A DNA stretch of 64,000 nucleotides from a plasmid, in the sequence record CP060166.1; one strand, written 5' to 3'. The notes below the pieces were generated by a model. It did no database searches. It saw nothing but the letters and a program-made list of their open reading frames with translations, and was not told the DNA's origin. Numbering within the stretch: the first letter of the stretch is position 1; each line of letters opens with the position of its first letter. This document shows positions 41,486 through 51,675 of this stretch, piece after piece. The translations under genes and the position numbers were made by a program.

Positions 41486-41533
41486 CCTGTTCCTGTTCCT
41501 GTTCCTGTTCCTGTTCCTGTTCCTGTTCCTGTT
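41486..41533. repeat. perfect hexanucleotide tandem repeat (CCTGTT)x8
   Basis: CCTGTTCCTGTTCCTGTT... Read on the minus strand it encodes (EQ)n inside a probably spurious ORF. Confidence 0.9.
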
Positions 41534-42163
41534 CATTCTGCTGCTGATATTCCCTGACAGATTTCGCTGACGCCGGGCGACTTCCCTGACGGGAACCGGG
41601 ACTGTCATGCTGCGCACCGAGCCAGCTGCGCTGTCTCTGCCCGGCCCCTTCGGGGCAGCGGGTTTCCATCCCACTGTCGCAACGTCAACGGCAGGCTTGC
41701 TGCGACCGTTCCGGTCACGCCGCCCCTGGCGCGCCGTTTCCTGCGCTTTTCGCACCCCGGCGGTAAGGCTGCCGGGCTGTAAGGCGCAACGCCGTTTCGC
41801 GTGCCGCGTCCCGACGTTGCGGCGGGTTCCTGCTCATCTCCGCTTCTGGTGCCGTTACCCGTTTAAGTCCCTGTCGCCGGGGGCTGATACAGCCACAACC
41901 CGCCGCACTGGCTGTCCAAGGTGAAATGAACAGCCCACAAAACTTTTTGCCGTAAAAGGCCGGCAAAAACTTTTGCGTTCTGCCCCGGACAGGTGCGTCG
42001 GGCCGTGGCAGTGATGCCCCTTGCGGCGAAGGTTCTCAAACGGGTGATGGCAGTACCAGAGGGAACAGAACAGCAGGTCCCCGCAAAACGTCAAAACCGC
42101 GGCTCCCGAAACTCAACGGGTGATGGTTTTTAAAGTCAAAACAACGCATTAAGGAGATTTATC

Positions 42164-42682
42164 ATGGCAGCACGTGGCGTAAACAAAGTTATTCTGGTCG
42201 GTCATATCGGGCAGGACCCGGAAGTACGTTACATGCCCAACGGGGGCGCGGTGGCAAATCTTACCCTCGCCACGTCAGAAACATGGCGTGTCAGGCAGGA
42301 CGGGGAGATGCGCGAACACACCGAATGGCACCGTGTTGTCGTGTTTGGCAAGCTCGCTGAAATTGCCAGTGAATATCTGCGTAAAGGTGCTCAGGTCTAC
42401 ATCGAGGGCCAGTTACGCACCCGCAAATGGACCGATCAGTCCGGTCAGGACAAATACACCACCGAAGTGATCGTTAACGTGGGCGGCACCATGCAGATGC
42501 TCGGTCGCCACAACAGCCAGCCACAGCAGGAGCCTCAGACCCCACCTACGGCGGCAAAGGGAGAAGGCAAAGCGGTAAAAGGGGCGGGAAATGCAGCAAA
42601 AGGGAAAAACGCAGCAGCACCGCAGCAGCCGCCAGCGCAACCCGATCCGGCGTATGACTTCGACGATGATATTCCCTTTTGA
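42164..42682 (+). CDS. ssb: plasmid single-stranded DNA-binding protein SSB (172 aa)
   Basis: [42 protein letters not shown]... OB fold and acidic tail DFDDDIPF. Confidence 0.95.
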   Translation: MAARGVNKVILVGHIGQDPEVRYMPNGGAVANLTLATSETWRVRQDGEMREHTEWHRVVVFGKLAEIASEYLRKGAQVYIEGQLRTRKWTDQSGQDKYTTEVIVNVGGTMQMLGRHNSQPQQEPQTPPTAAKGEGKAVKGAGNAAKGKNAAAPQQPPAQPDPAYDFDDDIPF

Positions 42683-42736
42683 CTCGGTAAATTTTCACTG
42701 ATGCCCCGTCTGACGGGGCTTATCCAGGAGAACACG

Positions 42737-42979
42737 ATGACAGACAACATCATGAGCCCACTGAAATCCCTGCCTGATGGCACGTTCACCCACGAACAGG
42801 CCGAAGCGGTGGCAGCACAGTATCAGAATGTCGCCATTGAAGACGATCAGGGGACGCACCTTCGCTTGGTTGTGCGTAAGGACGGCGAAATGGTCTGGCG
42901 GGGCTGGAATTTTGAACCGGGCGGCGAGTACTGGCTCAACCGCTGTATCGAAAGCCACGGTATCCGTAAAACGCAGTAA
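42737..42979 (+). CDS. small conserved leading-region protein (YubL-like, ~80 aa)
   Basis: Immediately downstream of ssb, as in F-like leading regions. Confidence 0.4.
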   Translation: MTDNIMSPLKSLPDGTFTHEQAEAVAAQYQNVAIEDDQGTHLRLVVRKDGEMVWRGWNFEPGGEYWLNRCIESHGIRKTQ

Positions 42980-43047
42980 GCCGTAAGAGGTGCCGGACGG
43001 GAACACGTCCGGCAGACAATTATTAATATCATGAAGGAGTATCAATA

Positions 43048-45045
43048 ATGTCAGTTACCAATTCTAATGCAAAATCCGCAGTAAAAACCAGCCGTAAGGC
43101 GAAAAACGCCGCCAGTGCCAGTAACACCGTATTGTCGGCGGTGCTGGCGCAGACCGAAGAACAACACGTACCGCTGTCCGCACTGGTCAAATCCCCGCAG
43201 AACGTGCGTATCGTGCCGTATTCCACAGAGAGCGTCCGCGAACTGGCGGACTCTATTAAAGGGATTGGACTGCTCCAGAATCTGGTTGTTCACGCCCTCC
43301 CTGACGGCCTGTACGGTGTTGCCGCTGGCGGTCGCCGTCTGGCGGCGATGAATCTGTTGGCCACTGAGAACACGATCCACCCGGACTGGCCTGTCCGCGT
43401 GAAGGTTGTGCCGGATAATCTGGCGACCGCCGCTTCACTGACCGAGAACGGGCAGCATCTGGAAATGCACCCTGCCGAACAAATTGCGGGATTCCGCGCG
43501 ATGGCAGCGGAAGGCAAAACTCCTGCACAGACTGGCGATCTGCTGGGCTATTCGCCCCGTCACGTACAGCGGATGCTGAAACTCGCGGGGCTGGCTCCGG
43601 TTATCCTGGAAGCGCTGGCTGCGGACAAAATCACCACGGAGCACTGTCAGGCGCTGGCGCTGGAGGACAATCCCGACCGTCAGGTGCAGGTGTACGAGGC
43701 GGCGTGTCGAGAGGGCTGGAACAATAAACCGGAAGTGCGCGTGATCCGTAATTTGATCACCGACAGTCAGGTTTCCACCCTCAACAACAGCAAATATACG
43801 TTTGTCGGTGAAAAAGCTTTCTCCGGCGATGAAATCCGCGCAGACCTGTTCAGCGACGAACAGGGCGGTTTTGTGGACAAACTGGCGCTGGATACGGCCC
43901 TGCTGGAAAAACTTCAGTGGGTGGCGGAGTGCCTGAAAGAGGCCGAGGGCTGGGCATGGTGCGCGGGACGGATGGAGCCTGTCAGCCGCTATGGTGAGGA
44001 TACCGAAGTGTACCGTATTCAGGATGAGCCTGACGCGGTTTACACGGAGCAGGAACAGCAGCGCCTGGACGAGTTGCAGGAACTGTACGACGAAAACCAG
44101 ACCGCCAGCGATGAAACCGACACGATGGAGTCAGAGATAGAGGCCATCGAATGCGCGGCACAACTCCGGGCATGGACGCTGGAAATGCGCGCACAGTCCG
44201 GCGTGGTGGTGTCATGGCGTCACGGTGAAATCTGTGTCCAGCGCGGGGTGAGCCTGCGTGAGCAGTCTGAAACGGAAGATGAACCCGATCAGGTTCCGGT
44301 ATATGAGCGCCAGCCGGAGCCTGTGGACGAAATCAGTGTTCCCCTGCTGACCAGAATGTGTGCAGAACGGACATTGTCGGTCCAGGCGGCACTGATGCAG
44401 CAGCCGGAAAAATCCCTGGCGCTTCTGGCATGGACGCTGTGTCTGAACGTGTTCAGCAGCGGCGCGTATAACCGACCCGCTCAAATCAGCCTGAACTGTA
44501 AGCATTACTCCCTGACAAAGGATGCGCCGCCCGGCGAGAGCGGTGTTGCGTTTGTGACGCTGTCGCAGGAGGGAAAACGTCTTGAAACGTTGCTACCGGA
44601 GGGCTGGACACAGGACTTCACCACCTTTTTCACCCTCAGCGCCAAAGACCTTACCGCCCTGCTCAGTTTCTGCACCGCATGCAGTCTTGACGGTATGCAG
44701 ATGCGCGGCGCCGGAGGCACCACCCGCAGTCCGCTCGATAAGCTGGAAATCGCGCTCGCTTTCCATCTGCGCGACTGGTGGCAACCGACGAAGGCCGATT
44801 TCTTCACTGGCCTTAAAAAACCGCAAATCATCGCCGCGCTGAATGAGGCCGGACTGACAGGCGCGGCGCGGGATGCGGAGAAGATGAAGAAGGGTGATGC
44901 GGCTGAACTGGCAGAGGACAAAATGCGTGACAACCGTTGGGTGCCTGTCTGGATGCGCGCCCCTGATGCAGAAAACGACGTATCTGATACCGAAAACGGC
45001 AGTGCTGATGCAGACAGCCACCACACCCTGCCCGATGCAGCCTGA
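43048..45045 (+). CDS. ParB-like nuclease-domain protein of the leading region (665 aa)
   Basis: N-terminal ParB/Srx-like region (LVKSPQNVRIVPYSTESVRELADSIKGIGLLQNLVVHALPDGLYGVAAGGRRLAAM) with a long acidic C-terminal extension. Confidence 0.7.
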   Translation: MSVTNSNAKSAVKTSRKAKNAASASNTVLSAVLAQTEEQHVPLSALVKSPQNVRIVPYSTESVRELADSIKGIGLLQNLVVHALPDGLYGVAAGGRRLAAMNLLATENTIHPDWPVRVKVVPDNLATAASLTENGQHLEMHPAEQIAGFRAMAAEGKTPAQTGDLLGYSPRHVQRMLKLAGLAPVILEALAADKITTEHCQALALEDNPDRQVQVYEAACREGWNNKPEVRVIRNLITDSQVSTLNNSKYTFVGEKAFSGDEIRADLFSDEQGGFVDKLALDTALLEKLQWVAECLKEAEGWAWCAGRMEPVSRYGEDTEVYRIQDEPDAVYTEQEQQRLDELQELYDENQTASDETDTMESEIEAIECAAQLRAWTLEMRAQSGVVVSWRHGEICVQRGVSLREQSETEDEPDQVPVYERQPEPVDEISVPLLTRMCAERTLSVQAALMQQPEKSLALLAWTLCLNVFSSGAYNRPAQISLNCKHYSLTKDAPPGESGVAFVTLSQEGKRLETLLPEGWTQDFTTFFTLSAKDLTALLSFCTACSLDGMQMRGAGGTTRSPLDKLEIALAFHLRDWWQPTKADFFTGLKKPQIIAALNEAGLTGAARDAEKMKKGDAAELAEDKMRDNRWVPVWMRAPDAENDVSDTENGSADADSHHTLPDAA

Positions 45046-45084
45046 TAACGGAGGCCGCCCTTCGGGGGCGGCAGCAAGGAGAAA

Positions 45085-45519
45085 ATGATGCGTAACATTA
45101 TTACCCCCGCTGTATTGAGTACAATGATCCCCCAGGAATTCGAAGACTGGCGCGACGGCGGCGAAGACCTGCGCCGTGAACTGACCCACGCCGCGATGCG
45201 TGACCTGACATGTCCCGCAGGCTGGGACATGAACGGCGAATATCGCAGTGAGTTTGGTGGTTTTTTCCCGGTGCAGATCCGTTTCACGCCATCCCGCGGC
45301 AATTTCAGCCTGGCGGTATGCAGTCCCGGGGATATCAGCCCGTCCTGGATGGTGGTCTTTATTCCGGTCAGCGGTCGCCCGTTCTCTGTTATCCGCACGC
45401 TGCCAGCCTGGTCGCCGGAGGTTATCACGCATACACTCAGCCTGGTGGCTCACCTTGATGCCGATGGTTACAGTCAGGCCAGCATCATCAGCGTTCTGGC
45501 GATGGAGGGCGCAGCATGA
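45085..45519 (+). CDS. psiB: plasmid SOS inhibition protein PsiB (144 aa)
   Basis: ...RRELTHAAMRDL...WDMNGEYRSEFGGFFPVQIRFTP...LAVCSPGD... is conserved PsiB. Confidence 0.9.
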   Translation: MMRNIITPAVLSTMIPQEFEDWRDGGEDLRRELTHAAMRDLTCPAGWDMNGEYRSEFGGFFPVQIRFTPSRGNFSLAVCSPGDISPSWMVVFIPVSGRPFSVIRTLPAWSPEVITHTLSLVAHLDADGYSQASIISVLAMEGAA

Positions 45520-46253
45520 TCCACTCTTCACACGCCCTGGTTACCCTGAAGCCAGCCCGTCAGGCGGCATTACAGGCCATTCTGACGGTGGAAGAATCCC
45601 GCCGCCGTGGAGCACGTCTGCCCGCCCTGCCACATGCGCGTACTTTTTTGCGCGTGCTGAGCGGCAGCAGCCGGATTAACACGACAGTGGCACAGCGTAT
45701 TCCCGGTCTGAACTGGGAGCCGAAGAACCGGCTGACCAGCCTGAAACAGGTGGAAGAGGCGCTGGATCGCCTCATCTCCAGTCACGGGGAGTATTGCCCG
45801 CTACCACTCTCCGTGGATGTGCAGGCCGAACTGTTCCCGGAGGTGATACACGCGCGCACAGATCGCCGGATGCAGCGTGAGAAAATCGCCTTTAACCGCA
45901 AAATGCGCCGGGAGGAAAAAGCGCTGGAACATGCCTGGCTGCTGCGCCAGAACCTGCTGGGGCAGGCCATGACGGAGCTTAACTTTCAGTCGCCGGAAAC
46001 CGTCAATGCCTGGTATACGCGCTGGGCTGACGAGTTTGACGCGCGGGAGCTGGCGCAGGGGTTCTGGCAGTGGCGGACGCGGTTTACCTCGCTGACGTCG
46101 CTGGACTGGCTGCGCGACAGTGATGAGCCGCTGTACAACGTGATGTATGAAATCTGGTTCATCGTCCGGGAAAACCCGGTATATGTGCGCGAGGCCGAAC
46201 GTTGGCAGGTACCCAACAAGCTGACGAACCGGAGGCCCGGGCGACTTCCCTGA
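45516..46253 (+). CDS. psiA: PsiA (245 aa)
   Basis: Overlaps the psiB stop, as psiA does in F-like plasmids. Confidence 0.85.
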   Translation: MIHSSHALVTLKPARQAALQAILTVEESRRRGARLPALPHARTFLRVLSGSSRINTTVAQRIPGLNWEPKNRLTSLKQVEEALDRLISSHGEYCPLPLSVDVQAELFPEVIHARTDRRMQREKIAFNRKMRREEKALEHAWLLRQNLLGQAMTELNFQSPETVNAWYTRWADEFDARELAQGFWQWRTRFTSLTSLDWLRDSDEPLYNVMYEIWFIVRENPVYVREAERWQVPNKLTNRRPGRLP

Positions 46254-46462
46254 TAAAGCCCGTCTGGAAACGCAGACCGCCCGGCTGATGGATCAGCTGG
46301 AGGTACAAATCCGGCTCATCCCGGTGGCAACGCCGCCATTGCAGCAAAAAGTGGATGAAATAGCACATATGCTTCACCTGATGGCGCAGTTTGCCGGAAC
46401 TGAACTCAGGAAGTGACCCGGATGGCGGGGAATATCCCCGCCCCGTTATCGAAAGGAGATAT

Positions 46463-46660
46463 CATGCGTAACTTTGAATCTACTGAAAGATGGTGGAAAA
46501 AATGAAAAGCCAGCTGGTAGCCGCTGCTGATCGTGCGGCCATGAGTGTCGCGTATGGTCAGGAAGCCGCAGATCATTACGGTATTCAGTATGGTTTTATC
46601 CGGTCTGTACGTGACTGGATCACCGGCTTCACCGAGGGGATTAAAGGGGAGCGTTGTTGA
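46463..46660 (+). CDS. pair of overlapping small ORFs (13 aa leader MRNFESTERWWKK, then a 52-aa ORF MKSQLVAAADRAAMSVAYGQEAADHYGIQYGFIRSVRDWITGFTEGIKGERC)
   Basis: AAAAAATGAAAAG stop-start overlap. They are located where F-like plasmids carry flm/hok-sok, but the peptide is not Hok-like (no TM segment). Confidence 0.25.
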
Positions 46661-46762
46661 ATAACACCCGCTTTTGTTACTTGAGTGTTAACGGAAATGG
46701 CGGTGTCTCCGGTCACTGCTTTTTCTTCAGAATTTTTTCATTAATTATATAAGGAATACGTT

Positions 46763-47580
46763 ATGAGACTCGCTTCCCGTTTTGGTAGACAGAATTCCAT
46801 TCGTCGTGAGAGTCCTTTGGCTGACGCTGAATTAATGCAGACTGTGCCTTCAGTTTTTTCCGGAGACAAACATGAATCCCGGAGCGAACGTTATACTTAT
46901 ATTCCAACCATTAATATCATCAACAGGTTACGTGAGGAAGGTTTTCAGTCGTTCTTTGCCTGCCAGAGTCGTGTACGTGATTTAAGTCGCCGGGAATACA
47001 GTAAACATATGCTGCGTTTTCGTCGTGAATGACAGATTAATGGGAAAGAGGTTCCGGAAATTATTTTGCTCAATTCTCATGACGGTTCGTCAAGTTATCA
47101 GATGGTTCCCGGGCTGTTCAGATTTATCTGTACAAATGGACTGGTATGCGGATCATTTTGGTGAAATACGTGTGCCACACAAGGGAGATATTGTTGGGCA
47201 GGTGATTGAGGGGGATTATGAGGTTATGGGGATCTTCGATAAAGCCACCGAAAATATGGAGTCAATGAAGTCAGTGATACTTAATCAGGATGAGCAATAT
47301 CTGTTTGGTAAAGCGGCACTGACTGTCAGATATGAGGACGAAAATAAAATCCCTGTTTCTCCTGAATAAATAATTACTCCACGTCGTCGGGAAGATAAAC
47401 AAAATGACCTGTGGACAACATATCAGCGTGTACAGAAGAATATGATGAAGAGTGGGTTACCCGGCAGGAATGCCCCGGAAAAAACACCCGGATCAGGGCA
47501 GTTACCGGTATTAATGGTGATATCCGGTTAAACAAGGCGCTGTGGATGATTGCTGAACAGTTTCGTGAATGTAAGTCATA
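46763..47580 (+). pseudogene. DUF932-like leading-region gene disrupted by frameshifts (pieces in three frames)
   Basis: Consecutive ORF pieces 46763-47032 and 47025-47369, and a further frame to ~47580, read as one protein family (…SRSERYTYIPTINIINRLREEGF…). Confidence 0.4.
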
Positions 47581-47629
47581 ATAACATAAGTAAAGCCCCG
47601 AAAATTTTTCGGGGCTTTACTTATGTTAT
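47581..47629. terminator. bidirectional rho-independent terminator hairpin
   Basis: ATAACATAAGTAAAGCCCCGAAAATTTTTCGGGGCTTTACTTATGTTAT is a perfect extended palindrome with T/A-rich flanks, between convergent genes. Confidence 0.7.
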
Positions 47630-47891
47630 TCTTCCCGGACATTGTCAGATTGTCTGTAACATCCCATTTTAATCAACAGACTTCATCGTTTTCTGTCATT
47701 TATGTGCCAGCGATAAAAACGGATCTGACAGGGTGGAAGAAGATATGATAACGGGTTCCCGTTTCGCGGGATTCCGGGCAGTCAGTATTACATTTCTGTG
47801 TTTATTCCATTCTGCTATGCGGCATAAAAAATATATGGGTTTCGGTTGATAATATTATCCCTTCTTCTGCTTGCCGGATACAAAAAGGGGA

Positions 47892-48362
47892 TCATCGGGC
47901 GGGAGTCTGCCTGGTTTTACTTTGTTTTATCGCGATCCAGATTCGGTGTACATCAGTCGCATAGTCCAGACGACGTGCATCCTGAAGGGGAGTCTTTTTA
48001 AATCCGGCGTTGTACGCTCCGACTGCTGTCCAGGATACCCCCCACTTTCTGAATGCGATTGCCAGATAATAAGCTCCGGTGTAAATATTCAGGCAGGGAT
48101 CGGAGACAAGTTGTTCCGGTTTTATTCCATAACGAGCCAGTTCGTTAAAGTGCTGAGAGTCAACCTGCATTAACCCCGAGCCATATCCCGTAACCGGATT
48201 AATACCGACGGCATTAGCCCGGTTACGGGATTCCTTCCATGAAATCGCCCGCAGTAAATCCGGATCTATTTTATAGTCTCTCCCGGCCAGATCAAAACAG
48301 TCAGCGGCATGGACTACCGTGCTCATTAATACCAGGAGGACAGACAGGAGCCATTTATACAT
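47892..48362 (-). CDS. lytic transglycosylase (F orf169 / R1 gene 19 / P19 family), signal peptide [19 protein letters not shown]
   Basis: SLT-domain motifs ([14 protein letters not shown]...GSGLMQVD...AYNAG). The track ORF extends to 48455; the Met at 48362 has an AAGAGG RBS. Confidence 0.8.
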   Translation of the reverse strand: MYKWLLSVLLVLMSTVVHAADCFDLAGRDYKIDPDLLRAISWKESRNRANAVGINPVTGYGSGLMQVDSQHFNELARYGIKPEQLVSDPCLNIYTGAYYLAIAFRKWGVSWTAVGAYNAGFKKTPLQDARRLDYATDVHRIWIAIKQSKTRQTPAR

Positions 48363-48416
48363 TAATTTGCCTCTTGCGTAGTCATCCGGTAATAACTTAA
48401 CCCACTCCAACTCCAT

Positions 48417-48776
48417 ACTCAACAAATTTGCCGTCCTCACCACCAAAAGCACCACACCCCACGCAAAATTAAAATTTTTCTGATTTGTTTTTAGTAACAG
48501 TGAGTTATGTTCATAATAATGTAATTTAATTTATTTTAATGTATTAAATAGCGGTGCAGGCACGTCGCCGGCACCGCTATGACGACGCTATACAGGGGTA
48601 GTACTGACTATTTTTATAAAAAACATTGCATTATATCAGGGGCGCTGCTAGCGTCGCTGTGCCTGTTTTTAAGTAACACCCCTGGGGGCGCTGCCAGGGG
48701 TGTTACCCCTTACAGAGTGCTCCTGAATCCGGAGTTTATAATGTTCTTATTCGTTGCGGAAAAAAGGTGATAGTGA
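48417..48776. other. oriT region of F-like type (nic site on minus strand ~48453/48454; inverted repeats; TraM/TraY/IHF binding region upstream of traM)
   Basis: The reverse complement of 48436-48467 is TTTGCGTGGGGTGTGGTGCTTTTGGTGGTGAG, the F-type nic sequence. Inverted repeats lie at 48551-48580 and 48675-48706. Confidence 0.7.
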
Positions 48777-49157
48777 ATGGCTAAAGTCAATGTATATATA
48801 AGTAATGAGGTACACAATAAAATAACTGCTATTGTGGAAAAACGACGCCAGGAAGGGGCGAGAGATAAAGATATCAGTTTTTCTGGTACATCTTCGATGT
48901 TGCTGGAATTAGGGCTTCGTGTCTATGAGGCACAAATGGAGCGTAAGGAGTCGCCATTTAATCAGACAGAATTCAATAAAGTATTACTTGAAAATGTACT
49001 TAAAACACAGTCATCCGTAGCCAAAATTTTAGGTATAGGATCTCTCAGCCCTCATGTCGCCGGAAATCCAAAATTTGAATATGCAAATATGGTTGAAGAT
49101 ATCAAAGAAAAAGTATCTTCAGAGATGGAAAGATTTTTCCATGAAAATGAAGAATAA
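48777..49157 (+). CDS. traM: TraM (126 aa)
   Basis: MAKVNVYISNEVHNKITAIVEKRRQEGARDKDISFSGTSSMLLELGLRVYEAQ... Confidence 0.9.
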   Translation: MAKVNVYISNEVHNKITAIVEKRRQEGARDKDISFSGTSSMLLELGLRVYEAQMERKESPFNQTEFNKVLLENVLKTQSSVAKILGIGSLSPHVAGNPKFEYANMVEDIKEKVSSEMERFFHENEE

Positions 49158-49249
49158 TAGCGGGATTAAATCCTGATTTAGTTTAAATAAAAGTATGTTG
49201 ATCTATAAAAATATAGTGACAAATTAAGGCTGAAAACAATATAGTGTCT

Positions 49250-49340
49250 TTGTAGTTAACGCTACGTTAAAAAAACAAGTTAAATCGCCGATACAGGGAG
49301 CTGTCACTCCCTGCATCGACTGTCCATAGAATCCTTTGAG
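49250..49340 (-). ncRNA. finP: candidate FinP antisense RNA (antisense to traJ 5' UTR)
   Basis: Stem-loop CAGGGAGCTGTCACTCCCTG and flanking hairpins in the traJ leader, where FinP is encoded in F-like plasmids. Exact ends unknown. Confidence 0.35.
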
Positions 49341-49349
49341 GAGGTTCCT

Positions 49350-50036
49350 ATGTGTCCGACGGATCGTAGAGAAAGAACACTCGCCAGTCAATCTGTAAAT
49401 AAATACATTCTGAGTATTCAGGATATCTATAAAAACTCACCAGTCCCTGTTTGCGTCCGTAATCAAAGTCGGAAAATCATTTACGCAAATGGAGCCTTTA
49501 TTGAACTCTTCTCTAAAGAGGATCAGCCTCTTTCGGGAGATAGTTATAATCGTTATGGGGTTGAAGTTTTTCTGTCATCCCTGGAACTTGAATGTCAGTC
49601 GCTTGGACATGGAGCTGCTTTTTGCCGGCGTTTTAATTTTCATGGGGAAATTTATCAGATAAGAATGGAGAATATTTCATTCGATAATAATGAGATAATT
49701 GTGTTGTGGCAGATAAATTTATTTCCAGATCATCCATTTTTTTCTCCTGACACAAAAACTAAAAATTTGTCTCTCTCAGGAACTGAATCATTCTGGAACG
49801 AACTGTCCCCCGGAACTTTGCTTGTTTTTTCTTTTTATACATTAGGAGTTAGTCACGCAAATATAGCTAAAGAATTAGGTATTACTATCAGAGCATCAGA
49901 AGACAGAATCAAACCTGTTAAGCGTAAAATTAAAAGGAATTATGAATCTTTCGATTCATTCAGAATATCATGTATTTCTAAAGGTAAAATAATATCATTG
50001 ATAGACATTATTCGTGAATTTTATTGTGTTAAGTGA
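49350..50036 (+). CDS. traJ: TraJ transfer activator (228 aa)
   Basis: Its position between traM and traY, AT-rich codon usage and a C-terminal HTH-like region fit TraJ (poorly conserved between F-like plasmids). Confidence 0.8.
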   Translation: MCPTDRRERTLASQSVNKYILSIQDIYKNSPVPVCVRNQSRKIIYANGAFIELFSKEDQPLSGDSYNRYGVEVFLSSLELECQSLGHGAAFCRRFNFHGEIYQIRMENISFDNNEIIVLWQINLFPDHPFFSPDTKTKNLSLSGTESFWNELSPGTLLVFSFYTLGVSHANIAKELGITIRASEDRIKPVKRKIKRNYESFDSFRISCISKGKIISLIDIIREFYCVK

Positions 50037-50129
50037 ATGTTAATTAAGGCGCGCCATTTTTGGCGTGTTTTTTTTTGCCGTTTTCCGTGTAATCATAAGT
50101 TTATTAGTCGTGTAAGCAGAGGTGAATTT

Positions 50130-50357
50130 GTGAGGAGGAGAAACGCAAGAGAGGGGATAAGTCGAACTGTCTCAGTGTATCTCGATGAAGATACGAATAA
50201 CCGTCTTATCAGGGCTAAAGATCGGAGTGGAAGAAGTAAAACAATAGAAGTTCAGATTCGTCTGAGGGATCATCTGAAACGATATCCGGATTTCTATAAT
50301 GAAGAAATTTTCAGGGAGGTAATTGAAGAAACAGAGTCCACATTTAAAGAGATTTAA
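50130..50357 (+). CDS. traY: TraY (ribbon-helix-helix, ~75 aa, GTG start)
   Basis: VRRRNAREGISRTVSVYLDEDTNNRLIRAKDRSGRSKTIEVQIRLRDHLKRYPDFYNEE... sits immediately upstream of traA. Confidence 0.7.
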   Translation: MRRRNAREGISRTVSVYLDEDTNNRLIRAKDRSGRSKTIEVQIRLRDHLKRYPDFYNEEIFREVIEETESTFKEI

Positions 50358-50398
50358 CTTTCATATTCATAGTTGATATTACTCAAAAGAGGAACCAT

Positions 50399-50761
50399 AT
50401 GAGCGCTATTTTAAGTGTTCAGGGTGCTTCTGCGCCCGTTAAAAAGAAATCGTTTCTGTCTACGTTCACACGTCTGAACCTGCTGAAACTTGCCCGCGCA
50501 GTGATCCCGGCGGCAGTACTGATATTCTTTTTCCCGCAACTGGCAATGGCTGCCGGCGGTTCGCAGGACCTGATGGCCAGCGGTAACGGTACGGTCAAGG
50601 CGACATTTGGTAAGGATTCCAGCGCCGTCAAGTGGGTTATTCTCGCGGAAGTGCTGGTCGGTGCCGTGATGTACATGATGACCAAGAACGTCAAATTCCT
50701 GGCGGGTTTTGCCATCATCTCGGTCTTTATTGCCGTTGGTATGGCTGTCGTCGGCCTCTGA
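50399..50761 (+). CDS. traA: propilin TraA (120 aa)
   Basis: Long leader, then mature pilin ...[69 protein letters not shown]. Confidence 0.9.
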   Translation: MSAILSVQGASAPVKKKSFLSTFTRLNLLKLARAVIPAAVLIFFFPQLAMAAGGSQDLMASGNGTVKATFGKDSSAVKWVILAEVLVGAVMYMMTKNVKFLAGFAIISVFIAVGMAVVGL

Positions 50762-50775
50762 CAGGAAATAAGACC

Positions 50776-51087
50776 ATGTCGGGAGACGAGAATAAACTCA
50801 GGAAATATCGTTTCCCGGAAACACTGACCAACCAGAGCCGCTGGTTTGGCCTGCCGGTGGATGAATTAATTCCTGCTGCTGTCTGTATTGGCTGGGGATT
50901 AATGACATCAAAACAACTTTTCGGCATCAGCGCTGCGGTTCTGGTTTATTTCTGGATAAGAAAACTGAAAAAAGGGCGGGGAAGCTCCTGGCTGCGTGAC
51001 CTGATTTACTGGTATATGCCGACAGCCCTGCTTCGCGGTATTTTTCATAACGTTCCCGATTCGTGTTTCCGGCAGTGGATTAAGTAA
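50776..51087 (+). CDS. traL: TraL (103 aa)
   Basis: [43 protein letters not shown]... Confidence 0.85.
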   Translation: MSGDENKLRKYRFPETLTNQSRWFGLPVDELIPAAVCIGWGLMTSKQLFGISAAVLVYFWIRKLKKGRGSSWLRDLIYWYMPTALLRGIFHNVPDSCFRQWIK

Positions 51088-51108
51088 TCATTATTCCGGG
51101 ATGAGTAT

Positions 51109-51675
51109 ATGGAACACGGCGCCCGTTTAAGTACCAGCCGCGTACTGGCAATAAGTTTTATTTTTATGGCCCTGCTGATTGTGCTCAGTCTGGCCGTGAA
51201 TGTCATTCAGGGTATTAATAACTACCGGCTGCAGAATGAGCAACGCACGGCGGTCACTCCTATGGGATTTAACGCGTCCTTTGCGGTGTCACAGAACAGT
51301 GCCGATGCCTCTTATTTACAGCAGATGGCGCTGTCGTTTATTGCCCTGCGTCTGAATGTGTCGTCAGAAACCGTCGACGCGTCACACCAGGCACTTCTGC
51401 AATATATTCGTCCGGGCGCACAGAACCAAATGAAAGTCATTCTGGCAGAAGAAGCGAGACGAATTAAGGCCGACAACGTTAACTCCGCTTTTTTCCAGAC
51501 CAGTGTCAGGGTCTGGCCACAGTATGGCCGCGTGGAAATTCGCGGTGTGCTGAAAACCTGGATTGGAGATTCAAAACCGTTTACCGACATCAAACATTAC
51601 ATTCTTATTCTGAAACGGGAAAACGGTGTGACCTGGCTGGATAATTTCGGGGAAACTGACGATGAGAAAAAATAA
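51109..51675 (+). CDS. traE: TraE (188 aa)
   Basis: N-terminal TM anchor. Order traL-traE-traK. Confidence 0.9.
   Translation: MEHGARLSTSRVLAISFIFMALLIVLSLAVNVIQGINNYRLQNEQRTAVTPMGFNASFAVSQNSADASYLQQMALSFIALRLNVSSETVDASHQALLQYIRPGAQNQMKVILAEEARRIKADNVNSAFFQTSVRVWPQYGRVEIRGVLKTWIGDSKPFTDIKHYILILKRENGVTWLDNFGETDDEKK

Noticed and set aside
41415-41669. 84-aa minus-strand ORF containing EQEQEQ... repeats
   Set aside because: The coding appearance comes only from the hexanucleotide microsatellite. There are no start-site signals and it is antisense to the leading-region transcription direction.
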